This document shows, piece after piece, positions 1-9,516 of a DNA stretch of 64,000 nucleotides. The stretch covers positions 1 to 64,000 of the forward strand of contig JBFOMH010000001.1 in NCBI GenBank assembly GCA_040830765.1, in the 5' to 3' direction. The position numbers and the translations under genes were made by a program. The notes under the pieces are model-generated. The model was not told the origin of the DNA and did not search any database. It saw nothing but the letters and a program-made list of their open reading frames with translations. Within the stretch, counting starts at the first letter, position 1. Every line of letters starts with the position of its first letter. This stretch comes from Puniceicoccaceae bacterium. GTDB taxonomy: Bacteria > Verrucomicrobiota > Verrucomicrobiia > Opitutales > Oceanipulchritudinaceae.

Positions 1-500
1 TCCTGTACGGTGATGACCTGCGACTGCGAGCTGCTGTTGCCAGCGCAATCGGTGGCTGTCCAGGTACGGGTAATGGTGTAGTTGTCCGCACATTCACCCT
101 TGGTGCTGACCTCGACGAGATTTACCGACGGGCTCGGATCACAGTTGTCACTGGCACTCGGGCTGGCTGCGTCCGGAATGTTGTCACATTCCACTGTGGA
201 GTCGCCGGGTACTCCGGAGAGAACCGGTGCAGTTGTGTCCTGTACGGTGATGACCTGCGACTGCGAGCTGCTGTTGCCAGCGCAATCGGTAGCTGTCCAG
301 GTACGGGTAATGGTGTAGTTGTCCGCACATTCACCCTTGGTGCTGACCTCGACGAGATTTACCGACGGGCTCGGATCACAGTTGTCACTGGCACTTGGGC
401 TGGCTGCGTCTGGAATGTTGTCACACTGCACGGTAGTGTCACCGGGAACGCCAGAGAGTACTGGTGCCGTTGTGTCTTGTACGGTGATGACCTGGGTACA
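1..500 (-). repeat. Near-identical 237-bp (79-aa) coding tandem repeats
   Basis: tcctgtacggtgatgacctgcgactgcgag occurs at 1 and at 238; more divergent copies continue to about 960. Confidence 0.9.
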
Positions 501-2405
501 CGTGTCCGTATTCCCACAGTTATCGGTGGCGGTCCAGGTGCGCGTTAGCGTGTAATTTTCAGGACAATTTCCATCTGTCCGAACCTCACTATAGCTGATT
601 TCGACATCATCGTCGCAGTTGTCAGTCGCCGTGGGGCTTGCCGGATCAGGTACAGCATCGCACTCAACCGTCACATCCGACGGACAACCTGCCAAGACCG
701 GATTCGTTGTATCCTGAACAGTTATGGTCTGAGTGCATTGCGCGATATTTCCGTAGGTATCAGTGGCTGTCCAAGTACGGGCAATCGTATAACTATCCGG
801 GCAATCACCACCCGTGACCACATCACTATAACTGATGGAGGCAATCCCCCCGACATCAGTTGCTGTAGCGGTGCCCGTATCGGCAGGATCGGTTGATCCG
901 TCACACTCGACTGTCAAATCGGACGGGCAGGTGATGTCGGGCACCGTGCTATCCTGAAAACCTTGCAATCCCGTTGAACAGGAACTCGAACATCCATCCT
1001 TTTCGATTGTAAGATTCAATGTAAAGGAACCCGGGGAAACGGAATCTGTGTGAATCGTGACTTCCTGCAGATTTGTGGCACTGGTGATAGTGGCATCTGA
1101 GCCCGCGGACAAGCTCCATGAATAAGAGTCCATGCCAGCTGGCGCTTGGAAGGTGAAATCAGTATTCGGTAAAAATACCGGAGACTGGGTAACCTTAATG
1201 ATGTCACATACTGGATTTGGTTTTACCGTGACGAGGAACTCGCAGCTGTTTTCCAGCCCGTCCCTGACAAAGGTAACCATGACGAGGAACTGATTCTTGC
1301 TGGGTGTCGGTGGAACGAGCACATCAATTGACGCGGTCTGGGTATCCCCTCCACTCAAGACCACGACCTCTTGTTCTTGATCGTCGATTATGTAGGAATT
1401 TGCACCGGCCATTTTCACTTCCCATTGATAGGAAGTTGCTGGTTCGGATAATGAGAAGTCAAAGGGACTGCCATCATAACAAACCTCACCATCCCCCACG
1501 ATCTCACACGGTGGCAGCGTGATAACGGCGGCGGCACTGAGGGAGCGGTCCGTGTTCCCCAGGTTACCCAGGTTCCAATCCACCAAACGCATGTGGTATG
1601 AGGATCCACTGATGCCGCCTGCAGAATTGGGCTCTGGCTCAACGGAATCATAATTAATTCCCCAGTCGTAGCGGCTGGCAATGTGACCACCCCAAGCCAG
1701 GACAGCTGTTGTGCTGTCGGCGACAAACTTGATCCTGATTTGCTGAATGGAGCTCTTGGCCGTCAAATCTGCTGCGTTCGGATAATCGATGGCAGGTGAT
1801 GTAGCAAAGGAGCCTCCCCAAAGTGTCATATAGGCTTCTGCCTGGTTGCTCAGCCAGCTGTTCTCGGGTTCTCCAGGTGCATAACTCACGGTCCCGGTTC
1901 CAGGTGGAACGGGTATGGGCTCGGTGTCCATGGTCACACCCGGTGCGCCATCAAGGACGGTACCTAGTAGTGGCAGAACTTCTTCTCCGTCCGCATCTTC
2001 ATGCGGAAAATAAGGTGCACCGTGTGTCGGGTCATCCATCCGTTGATAGTGGGTCAGATAGTCGATGGCATGTTTGGACGATTGCCTGACATCATAGGCC
2101 AAAATCAGTTCAATCGGGCTCCCGATCGGTAGATCCGTCATGATCACCCGGTAGGGGATCGACCAGCCTTCAAGGTAGTGGGCCTGGCTGGCATTCAGGT
2201 TGCCATTTACCCAGGCCACCGGACTGATTGGGGCGGCTGGCGGCCCGTTACGGCCTTGGTCAAGGTTGACAGCCTGCCCGAGGGCAGTCTGGGAGAGGAG
2301 TGTCACCGTTCCAAAAACGAGGAAAAGAGTCCTCAAGGAATAGTGAGACAGAACCGGTTGGCAGACAGATGCCAATCGGAATTTCGTATTTACCAGGCTT
2401 TTCAT
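1..2405 (-). CDS. Large secreted surface protein, 3' end outside the window: signal peptide, uncharacterised N-terminal domain, Ig-like segments, Cys-containing HYR-like repeats
   Basis: Translated by hand. ATG at 2405 (MKSLVNTKFRL...TLLSQTALGQ) reads open to position 1 with no stop, which is why the ORF track misses it. Repeats of the form DTTAPVLSGVPGDTTVQCDNIP...TRTWTATDCAGNSSSQSQVITVQ. Confidence 0.9.
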   Translation of the reverse strand, partial: MKSLVNTKFRLASVCQPVLSHYSLRTLFLVFGTVTLLSQTALGQAVNLDQGRNGPPAAPISPVAWVNGNLNASQAHYLEGWSIPYRVIMTDLPIGSPIELILAYDVRQSSKHAIDYLTHYQRMDDPTHGAPYFPHEDADGEEVLPLLGTVLDGAPGVTMDTEPIPVPPGTGTVSYAPGEPENSWLSNQAEAYMTLWGGSFATSPAIDYPNAADLTAKSSIQQIRIKFVADSTTAVLAWGGHIASRYDWGINYDSVEPEPNSAGGISGSSYHMRLVDWNLGNLGNTDRSLSAAAVITLPPCEIVGDGEVCYDGSPFDFSLSEPATSYQWEVKMAGANSYIIDDQEQEVVVLSGGDTQTASIDVLVPPTPSKNQFLVMVTFVRDGLENSCEFLVTVKPNPVCDIIKVTQSPVFLPNTDFTFQAPAGMDSYSWSLSAGSDATITSATNLQEVTIHTDSVSPGSFTLNLTIEKDGCSSSCSTGLQGFQDSTVPDITCPSDLTVECDGSTDPADTGTATATDVGGIASISYSDVVTGGDCPDSYTIARTWTATDTYGNIAQCTQTITVQDTTNPVLAGCPSDVTVECDAVPDPASPTATDNCDDDVEISYSEVRTDGNCPENYTLTRTWTATDNCGNTDTCTQVITVQDTTAPVLSGVPGDTTVQCDNIPDAASPSASDNCDPSPSVNLVEVSTKGECADNYTITRTWTATDCAGNSSSQSQVITVQDTTAPVLSGVPGDSTVECDNIPDAASPSASDNCDPSPSVNLVEVSTKGECADNYTITRTWTATDCAGNSSSQSQVITVQ

Positions 2406-2732
2406 AGCAGCGTTCCGTTGGTTAATGAAATTCCCATACTGGGGTGTTTACCCTATATGATTGGGTGCGTAAGAACTATTTTAGGACAGATTTTTACCCT
2501 ATTGACAAGTCTAAAATAACCTATAGGCCTAATCTCAGGGTAAATGGCCGGCTATACGACAATGTCGGTGCCCAGATAATCGAATAAATGATTCTCCCCA
2601 GACAAGTGATACTATTATTGATTCGAGCGAGATACCCCCTAAAAGAATTGCGATGAAGCGAACGGCCGGATAAACAGTTTCGTGTACGCCCCACCCTTTT
2701 CCTGCTGCAACATGCTCAATAAAGGAATATCA

Positions 2733-5700
2733 ATGAACCGCCTGAGCCGTCTCCGGTATTTCTTCCTTTGCTCAGCCACTATTTTGATTTTGTTGAGTGG
2801 ACCGTTGAGCGCCCGGATTTTGAACGAGTGGGAATACCGGCATCCGGCTCCCCATAACCAGGACTTCTGGAAAGTAGAGTACGCCGAGGGGATTTATGTG
2901 ATGACCGGACTGGGCGGGGTCCTGACGACCAGCACCAACCTGACAGACTGGAATTCGGTCTTTTACCCCGACTTGGTCAGCCTGGATGGGCTGCTCTACG
3001 CGAACGGGGGCTTCATGGTGACCGGAGGTTCGGGCAAAATTCTTGTATCGGATGACGGACTGAGCTGGACCGAGAGGGATACCGGAGCGACGGATGGCCT
3101 GCTGGCCGCTGCTTATGGAAACGGACGCTACGTCCTGACGGGAGAATGGGGTACCACGGCAACCTCAACCGATGGGATTTCGTGGACCGTGAGCAGCACT
3201 GGCGACTTCAACTGGTACTTCGGAGTAACCTATGCGGAAATCGGTGGAAGCGATCGGTTTGTTGCTGTCTCTGATGAAGGGGCGATCAGCACATCCTCAG
3301 ATGGGGTCAGCTGGAGTGCCGCCACCCTACCCAACAATCTTCCCACCTTACCAGAGTTCTACGACGTCAGTTATGGCGGTGGACTTTTTGTCGCCTGCGG
3401 TGGCTACATTGACGACAATAACAGTTGGGGTATTCTTATCGTCACATCGACAGACGGTATCAACTGGACCCGTCGAACCCAGGGTGTTCCGTCAACGGAC
3501 TCGGCCGATCCGGGAACCCCGACTGTATTGAATATGTGCCGGTATGACGCCAGTGCCAGCCTATGGCGGGGAGCAGGCGGCAGCGGGGTGTATATGACCT
3601 CTTCCGATGGCATCAGCTGGACCACGACTTATCCCTTTAACGGTAGTTTCACGACTTTCAACGCCATTGACCTGAACTCACAGGGACAAGTCGTTGTCGG
3701 GAACCGGGGTGACGTATACTTCTCGGCCAGTGGCTCAGGGACCTGGTCCCGGAAAACCACCGGCGACTACACGCCCTTTTTCGACATAGAGTTCAACGGC
3801 TCGATTTACGTCGCCGCAGGAACCAGTACCATCAAGACATCTTCCGATGGACTGATATGGACCGAGCAGACCATCGAATCCCCGGGCGGTACCCATGGGG
3901 ACGTCGTTTACGGCAACAGCATCTGGGTTACCGGAATCGATGGAAATGCCACAGATCCAATCCGGACCTCAACGGACGGAACCAACTGGGTACGGCCGAC
4001 AACGATTGCCAGTGACTTTTCAACCTGCGTTGATTTGGCCTTTGGAAACGGTAAGTTCCTCGCCTTGCCAACTACCGGAACAGCCTCCCTGCATACATCC
4101 ACGGACGGGGTCACTTGGACCGGGAGCAATCCATCCTGGTTCAATGCCAACCGGTCGGAATCACAAATCGTTTTCGGCAACGGTGGTTTCCTTGCCTTCA
4201 ACAATCTCTTCCCGCCTGTGGAAACGGCCTGGTCAACGGATGGGGTGAGCTGGACCGTTCAATCGACCAGCCTCGATCTTGGTTACAAAGACGCCGCCTA
4301 CGGGGATGGCCGTTGGGTTCTGGTCGGGAATAACGGCCGCGTTGCAACGTCGACGGATTTGGTCACCTGGTCTCAGCAGACATTGCTGGATGCGGATGGA
4401 TTTCCGGCTGAAAACCTGAAGGGTGTGGCCTTTGGCAAGGGACATTGGGTTATCTGTGGAGATGACAGGTCCATCTGGAGCTCTGAGAACGGAACCACCT
4501 GGACACTGGCTTTCCGTTCCGGATATTCCAGCGCAACGCCGGAGAATTTCATCTACAACGGTGCCATGTTCGATGGCCAGGAATTCTGGGTTGTAGGCAA
4601 TGGCGGGGACATTCTCGAGACAGAGGATAATGATCCGCCGGTGATTACCTGTCCGTCTGATGCGCAGGTAGACTTTGGCGATTCCACCGAACCAGCTGCC
4701 ACGGGCACGGCAACGGCTGTTGACGTATGGGATCCGGCTCCGATCATCTCCCATTCCGACAGCGTGGCCTTCGATCCCTGCGGACTTGAAATCATTACCC
4801 GTACATGGACGGCCACGGATTATTCCGGAAACTCTTCGTCTTGTACCCAAACGATAACTGTCGAGGACAACACCGCCCCGGTGATTGATCCGGCCCCGGA
4901 TGACATTACTGTTGAGTGCCTCGGTGACGTTCCTTCTGCTTCCAACCTACCCGCCCTTGATAACGTTGATGGTGCCATTGACGCGACTCCAGCTGACAGT
5001 GCCCCCTCGGGCGATCCGTGTGGGACCCAAACCATTACCCGAACCTGGACGGCGACCGATTGCTCCGGTAACTCCAGCTCTGTTTCCCAGACCATTACCA
5101 TTGTTGACACTATTGGTCCGGTGATCGATCCGGCACCCACGGATATTACCGTCGAATGTCTCAGTGATGTGCCAAGTGCGTCCACCCTGCCCGCTTCGGA
5201 TAATTGCGATGCCAGTGTGACTCTGGCCACGGCTTCCGACAGTGCTCCCTCCGGGGATCCCTGCGGTACCCAGACCATTACCCGGACCTGGACGGCGACC
5301 GATTGCTCCGGCAACTCCAGTTCCGTCTCCCAGACGATCACGATTGTCGATACCATAGGCCCGGTCATCGATCCGGCCCCGGCGGACATTACGGTGGAGT
5401 GTATTGGGGATGTGCCAAGTGCGTCCACCCTGCCCGCTTCGGATAATTGCGATGCCAGTGTGACTGTGGCCACGGCTTCCGACAGTGCGCCCTCGGGTGA
5501 TCCTTGTGGTACCCAGACGATTACCCGGACCTGGACTGCGACGGATTGCTCAGGCAACTCCAGCTCTGTATCGCAGACGATCACCATTGTTGATACCATC
5601 GGCCCGGTCATCGATCCGGCCCCGGCGGACATTACCGTGGAGTGTATTGGCGATGTACCGCCGGCCAATATCCTCATTGCCTCGGATAACTGCGATTCAT

Positions 5701-7520
5701 CCGTAGTTCTCGCAACGGCCTCTGACAGTCCACCAACCGGCGACCCGTGTGGGACCCAGACGATTACCCGTACCTGGACCGCGACGGATTGCTCCGGCAA
5801 CTCCAGTTCCGTTTCCCAGACGATCACGATTGTCGATACCATCGGTCCAGTGATCGATCCTGCCCCAGCGGATATAACCGTGGAGTGCATTGGCGATGTA
5901 CCACCGGCCAATATCCTCATTGCCTCGGATAACTGCGACAGTTCAGTGGTGCTGGCGACGGCCTCCGACAGTGCTCCATCCGGCGACCCATGTGGTACCC
6001 AGACCATTACACGCACCTGGTCCGCAACGGACTGCTCGGGCAACTCCAGCTCCGTCTCCCAGACGATCACGATTGTCGATACCATCGGTCCAGTGATCGA
6101 TCCGGCCCCAGCGGATATAACCGTGGAGTGCATCGGCGATGTACCACCGGCCAATATCCTCATTGCCTCGGATAATTGCGATTCATCCGTAGTTCTTGCA
6201 ACGGCCTCTGACAGTCCACCAACCGGCGACCCGTGTGGGACCCAGACGATTACCCGTACCTGGACCGCGACGGATTGCTCCGGCAACTCCAGTTCCGTTT
6301 CCCAGACGATCACGATTGTCGATACCATCGGTCCAGTCATCGATCCGGCCCCGGATGACATTACCGTGGAGTGCATTGGCGATGTACCACCGGCCAATAT
6401 CCTCATTGCCTCGGATAACTGCGATTCATCCGTAGTTCTTGCGACGGCCTCCGACAGTGCTCCCTCTGGTGATCCCTGTGGCACCCAGACGATTACCCGT
6501 ACCTGGACCGCGACGGATTGCTCCGGCAACTCCAGTTCCGTTTCCCAGACGATCACGATTGTCGATACCATCGGTCCAGTCATCGATCCGGCCCCGGCGG
6601 ATATTACGGTGGAGTGTCTCAGTGATGTGCCAAGCGCATCCAGCCTACCGGCCTCGGACAACTGTGATGTCACAGTGACTGTAGCAACTGCATCCGACAG
6701 CGCCCCATCTGGCGATTCCTGCGGGACCCGGACGATTACCCGTACCTGGTCCGCAACGGACTGCTCCGGCAACTCCAGCTCGGTATCGCAGACGATCACG
6801 ATTGTCGATACCATCGGTCCAGTCATCGATCCGGCCCCGGCGGACATTACGGTGGAATGTCTCAGTGATGTGCCAAGCGCATCCACCCTGCCGGCCTCGG
6901 ATAACTGTGATGCTACTGTGACAGAGGCAACGCCATCGACCAGTGCTCCATTTGGTTCCCCCTGTGGCACCCAGACAATCATCCGCACCTGGTCGGCATC
7001 CGATTGCTCGGGTAACTCCAGCTCGGTTTCCCAGACGATTACCATTGTCGATACTACGGATCCAATCATCAGTTGCCCGCCCGACATTCAATTGCTTCCG
7101 GGTGAGTCGACAGACCCGGCCAACACGGGTTTCGCCACCGCAACTGATGCCTGTGATCCGGACCCGGTGGTTACCTATACGGATATTGTGAGGGTGAATC
7201 CATGTGGTCTGGATACGATCACCCGCACATGGAGGGCTACCGATTGCTCAGGAAATACAACTGCCTGCGAGCAAATTATCACCGTCTGGTGTTTCGAGGA
7301 TCCGGCACAGCTTTACATCTTTCGCCTGGCCCCATCGAATACGATGCGGTTGACCATCCTTGGCGTGCAGGGATACACCTGGGATATCCTGGTATCCTCG
7401 GAACTGGAGGGCGGAATCTGGACAAAGCTGACCACCATTCACATGAATTCAGAAGTCGGGTTCTACGACGACCAATCATTCCCAGGTATTCGATTCTACA
7501 GATTATCCCCTGCTGAGTGA
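2733..7520 (+). CDS. Secreted protein: Asp-box/BNR beta-propeller region, about 11 HYR-like repeats, verrucomicrobial-type C-terminal domain
   Basis: ATG 2733 follows AAAGGA. Signal peptide, many S-x-D-G-x-x-W motifs, repeated TRTWTATDCSGN, and a C-terminal ILVSSELEGGIW...FYRL. Confidence 0.9.
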   Translation: MNRLSRLRYFFLCSATILILLSGPLSARILNEWEYRHPAPHNQDFWKVEYAEGIYVMTGLGGVLTTSTNLTDWNSVFYPDLVSLDGLLYANGGFMVTGGSGKILVSDDGLSWTERDTGATDGLLAAAYGNGRYVLTGEWGTTATSTDGISWTVSSTGDFNWYFGVTYAEIGGSDRFVAVSDEGAISTSSDGVSWSAATLPNNLPTLPEFYDVSYGGGLFVACGGYIDDNNSWGILIVTSTDGINWTRRTQGVPSTDSADPGTPTVLNMCRYDASASLWRGAGGSGVYMTSSDGISWTTTYPFNGSFTTFNAIDLNSQGQVVVGNRGDVYFSASGSGTWSRKTTGDYTPFFDIEFNGSIYVAAGTSTIKTSSDGLIWTEQTIESPGGTHGDVVYGNSIWVTGIDGNATDPIRTSTDGTNWVRPTTIASDFSTCVDLAFGNGKFLALPTTGTASLHTSTDGVTWTGSNPSWFNANRSESQIVFGNGGFLAFNNLFPPVETAWSTDGVSWTVQSTSLDLGYKDAAYGDGRWVLVGNNGRVATSTDLVTWSQQTLLDADGFPAENLKGVAFGKGHWVICGDDRSIWSSENGTTWTLAFRSGYSSATPENFIYNGAMFDGQEFWVVGNGGDILETEDNDPPVITCPSDAQVDFGDSTEPAATGTATAVDVWDPAPIISHSDSVAFDPCGLEIITRTWTATDYSGNSSSCTQTITVEDNTAPVIDPAPDDITVECLGDVPSASNLPALDNVDGAIDATPADSAPSGDPCGTQTITRTWTATDCSGNSSSVSQTITIVDTIGPVIDPAPTDITVECLSDVPSASTLPASDNCDASVTLATASDSAPSGDPCGTQTITRTWTATDCSGNSSSVSQTITIVDTIGPVIDPAPADITVECIGDVPSASTLPASDNCDASVTVATASDSAPSGDPCGTQTITRTWTATDCSGNSSSVSQTITIVDTIGPVIDPAPADITVECIGDVPPANILIASDNCDSSVVLATASDSPPTGDPCGTQTITRTWTATDCSGNSSSVSQTITIVDTIGPVIDPAPADITVECIGDVPPANILIASDNCDSSVVLATASDSAPSGDPCGTQTITRTWSATDCSGNSSSVSQTITIVDTIGPVIDPAPADITVECIGDVPPANILIASDNCDSSVVLATASDSPPTGDPCGTQTITRTWTATDCSGNSSSVSQTITIVDTIGPVIDPAPDDITVECIGDVPPANILIASDNCDSSVVLATASDSAPSGDPCGTQTITRTWTATDCSGNSSSVSQTITIVDTIGPVIDPAPADITVECLSDVPSASSLPASDNCDVTVTVATASDSAPSGDSCGTRTITRTWSATDCSGNSSSVSQTITIVDTIGPVIDPAPADITVECLSDVPSASTLPASDNCDATVTEATPSTSAPFGSPCGTQTIIRTWSASDCSGNSSSVSQTITIVDTTDPIISCPPDIQLLPGESTDPANTGFATATDACDPDPVVTYTDIVRVNPCGLDTITRTWRATDCSGNTTACEQIITVWCFEDPAQLYIFRLAPSNTMRLTILGVQGYTWDILVSSELEGGIWTKLTTIHMNSEVGFYDDQSFPGIRFYRLSPAE
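4866..7049 (+). repeat. Nine tandem coding repeats of about 243 bp (81 aa)
   Basis: Units start at 4866, 5106, 5349, 5592, 5835, 6078, 6321, 6564 and 6807, with high DNA identity. Confidence 0.95.
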
Positions 7521-7542
7521 AGAAGTCCTTTTGCCGGGTCCA

Positions 7543-7938
7543 CTAAAGCATCCGGAAATTCCTACCGAACACCCCCACGTTTTCCCAATGGGTCAGGTCC
7601 AGTAGCTCACCGGATGGCTTCCGCCGAATGCCCACGACGTCAAAACGAACCGCATCCGGACTCCATTGACATTGGCGCAGGTATGCCATCGCTGTCTTTC
7701 TCAGGACTCGCCACTTTCCCCGACTGATGCTCCGGTACATCGCCAACGGTTCGGCTGCTTCTGTCCGGACCCGGACCTCCACGAAAACCAGTACCCGCCC
7801 TTGTCTCAGAATCAGGTCCAGCTCCCCGTGCCGGTGCCGCCAGCGACGTTCCAGGACCCGCATGCCGCAAACCCTTCGCAGGTGTCCTTCGGCCTGCTTT
7901 TCGCCCCATTCCCCAGTCTCTTGGCGCTTATTGGCCAT
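7543..7938 (-). CDS. yraN: YraN/UPF0102 family putative endonuclease
   Basis: GEWGE...GELDLI...LVFVEVR...RFDVVGI motifs. Confidence 0.9.
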   Translation of the reverse strand: MANKRQETGEWGEKQAEGHLRRVCGMRVLERRWRHRHGELDLILRQGRVLVFVEVRVRTEAAEPLAMYRSISRGKWRVLRKTAMAYLRQCQWSPDAVRFDVVGIRRKPSGELLDLTHWENVGVFGRNFRML

Positions 7939-8112
7939 TCTCCGAGCATGCCCCCGTTTTCATTCGGCAGCAAGGGCGCCTACTACCCCGATTCAGGTAG
8001 CCAGAATCACAGTTAATTCGGTTCATAAGTAAACCCTTGCCACTGACTGGGATTCATGGCAGGTATCCAGTGGAGCGGGTAATGAAGCCCGTTATTATCA
8101 AGGAGAGGAATT

Positions 8113-8499
8113 ATGCGTATCAATAAAGACGAGGTCCCCGTAGTCATCGACATCCCCGGCGCCACAGCCCGACAGGAATTTAACTTCGGCGATGCCGCCC
8201 CATACGGGAATATGGCCGGTGAATACTTTTCCCTCAGTGCAGGTGTCGACTTTGCCCCACTTCTCCAGGGCCTGGAGAACGACCTCTGTCATTCCCCGCA
8301 CTGGGGTTATCTCATCCAGGGGGAGATTGTGGTCACCTACACGGATGGTTCCGAGGAAACGGTACAATCCGGCGACCTCTTTTACTGGCCCCCAGGGCAT
8401 ACCATCCGCATCACCGGCGATTCGGAAATTATCCTTTTCAGCCCCCAGCACGAGCACTGCGCCGTTGTCGACCACGTCAAGTCGAAGCTCGGAGTCTAG
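8113..8499 (+). CDS. Cupin domain protein
   Basis: CHSPHWGY and GDLFYWPPGHT cupin motifs; AGGAGAGG RBS. Confidence 0.8.
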   Translation: MRINKDEVPVVIDIPGATARQEFNFGDAAPYGNMAGEYFSLSAGVDFAPLLQGLENDLCHSPHWGYLIQGEIVVTYTDGSEETVQSGDLFYWPPGHTIRITGDSEIILFSPQHEHCAVVDHVKSKLGV

Positions 8500-8605
8500 G
8501 CCGGATTGGGCCGCTTTTCCGCGGCGATATCCCGGATATTGAATTTTTGCAGAAAATACTTGCCCCCGTCTGCATTCTCCTTGTGATTTCCCACTTCCCT
8601 ACCGT

Positions 8606-8682
8606 GCGCGGCTAGCTCAATTGGATAGAGCACCTGACTACGGATCAGGAGGTTAGGGGTTCGACTCCCTTGCCGCGTGCCA
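8606..8682 (+). tRNA. tRNA-Arg (anticodon ACG)
   Basis: GCGCGGC/GCCGCGT acceptor stem, D-arm AGCTCAATTGGATAGAGC, anticodon loop CTACGGA, T-loop GTTCGAC, encoded CCA. Confidence 0.97.
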
Positions 8683-8812
8683 CTCTGCTCCACGAGCGCA
8701 GCGAGTGGCAAGCAGAGTGAGCACCCTGCGTAGCGCAGCGAAGCACGGGTGCCATCCTTCTCCAAGGCTTCAGGCTGCACGTTGTTTCGCCCGACAGGTC
8801 GGATGGCACAGC
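8681..8812. repeat. Cluster of REP-like hairpins just downstream of the tRNA
   Basis: CACTCTGCT/AGCAGAGTG and GCACCCTGC/GCACGGGTGC both enclose AGCGCAGCGA; also GTGCCATCC/GGATGGCAC. Confidence 0.6.
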
Positions 8813-8831
8813 CACGAAAGAGAGCGTCCAT

Positions 8832-9392
8832 TCACTCGCTCCAGTGTCGCTCATCCATGAGCACTTCGCAGCAGATTACTTTGCCTGAGCAGGTTTCCAG
8901 CGCGTTGCCGTTGAGCTGCTGCACCATCCATGCCTCATGGTATTCTTCTGGTATGGGATAAGGCGCATTAAAACCTTCCCGGATCGCCACCCTGTCATAT
9001 CCGTGCTTTGGATAATATTCCGGGTGACCTAAGACGAAAACCAACTCGGTTCCCGCTTCTTTGAGCATTTGGTTGCCTGCCCTGATCAGCTTTCCACCGA
9101 TACCCCTTTTCTGGTGAGTTGGCAGAACGGCCAATGGAGCAAGAATCTGGGCTTCAATCTCCCTGTCAGCTCCCTCTATGGATACCTTGGTGAAGATGAT
9201 GTTCCCAATGATCTTCCCATCTTCTTCAGCAACCAGCGATAACACCGGCATTGCTGTCGGATCTTCCAATAAGTCCACGGCAAGTTGTGCATTCCGAACG
9301 CCGTGGGCGCCTCCATAAGCTGCAGCAAAGGCCTGATGGTGAACGTTATACACCTGGTCCCGGTCTAACGCTTTCGATCTTCGGATATTCAT
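8832..9392 (-). CDS. GNAT N-acetyltransferase (YhbS-like)
   Basis: LAPLAVLPTHQKRGIGGKL acetyl-CoA motif; VLGHPEYYPKHG. Confidence 0.9.
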   Translation of the reverse strand: MNIRRSKALDRDQVYNVHHQAFAAAYGGAHGVRNAQLAVDLLEDPTAMPVLSLVAEEDGKIIGNIIFTKVSIEGADREIEAQILAPLAVLPTHQKRGIGGKLIRAGNQMLKEAGTELVFVLGHPEYYPKHGYDRVAIREGFNAPYPIPEEYHEAWMVQQLNGNALETCSGKVICCEVLMDERHWSE

Positions 9393-9516
9393 TATCGTAC
9401 GTATTCTATACAGGTTATCTTGTGCGAATTGCTTGTGTTGTTTTGAAATTAGCTAACAGGTATTTTTGGAAACTGTGTAATAAATCCTGATTTGCGCCAC
9501 TAATCAGGTAAACATC

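Noticed and set aside
846..851. Possible frameshift at the C6 run in the left HYR gene
   Set aside because: Recounting gives six bases, the frame is preserved (TDVGGIASISY), and the tract is too short to argue for phase variation.
82..2519. Short ORFs on both strands listed in the ORF track
   Set aside because: All lie within or against the long minus-strand gene 2405..<1.
1..7049. Tandem repeats as a CRISPR array or DGR template/variable repeat
   Set aside because: Units are 237-243 bp in-frame coding repeats without spacers, the differences are not adenine-specific, and there is no cas or reverse transcriptase gene.
4820..7087. 755-aa antisense ORF
   Set aside because: It is the shadow of the repetitive HYR coding strand: it mirrors the repeats and has no independent features.
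8496..8854. Minus-strand ORFs spanning the tRNA
   Set aside because: They overlap a clear tRNA and hairpin region, so they are spurious.
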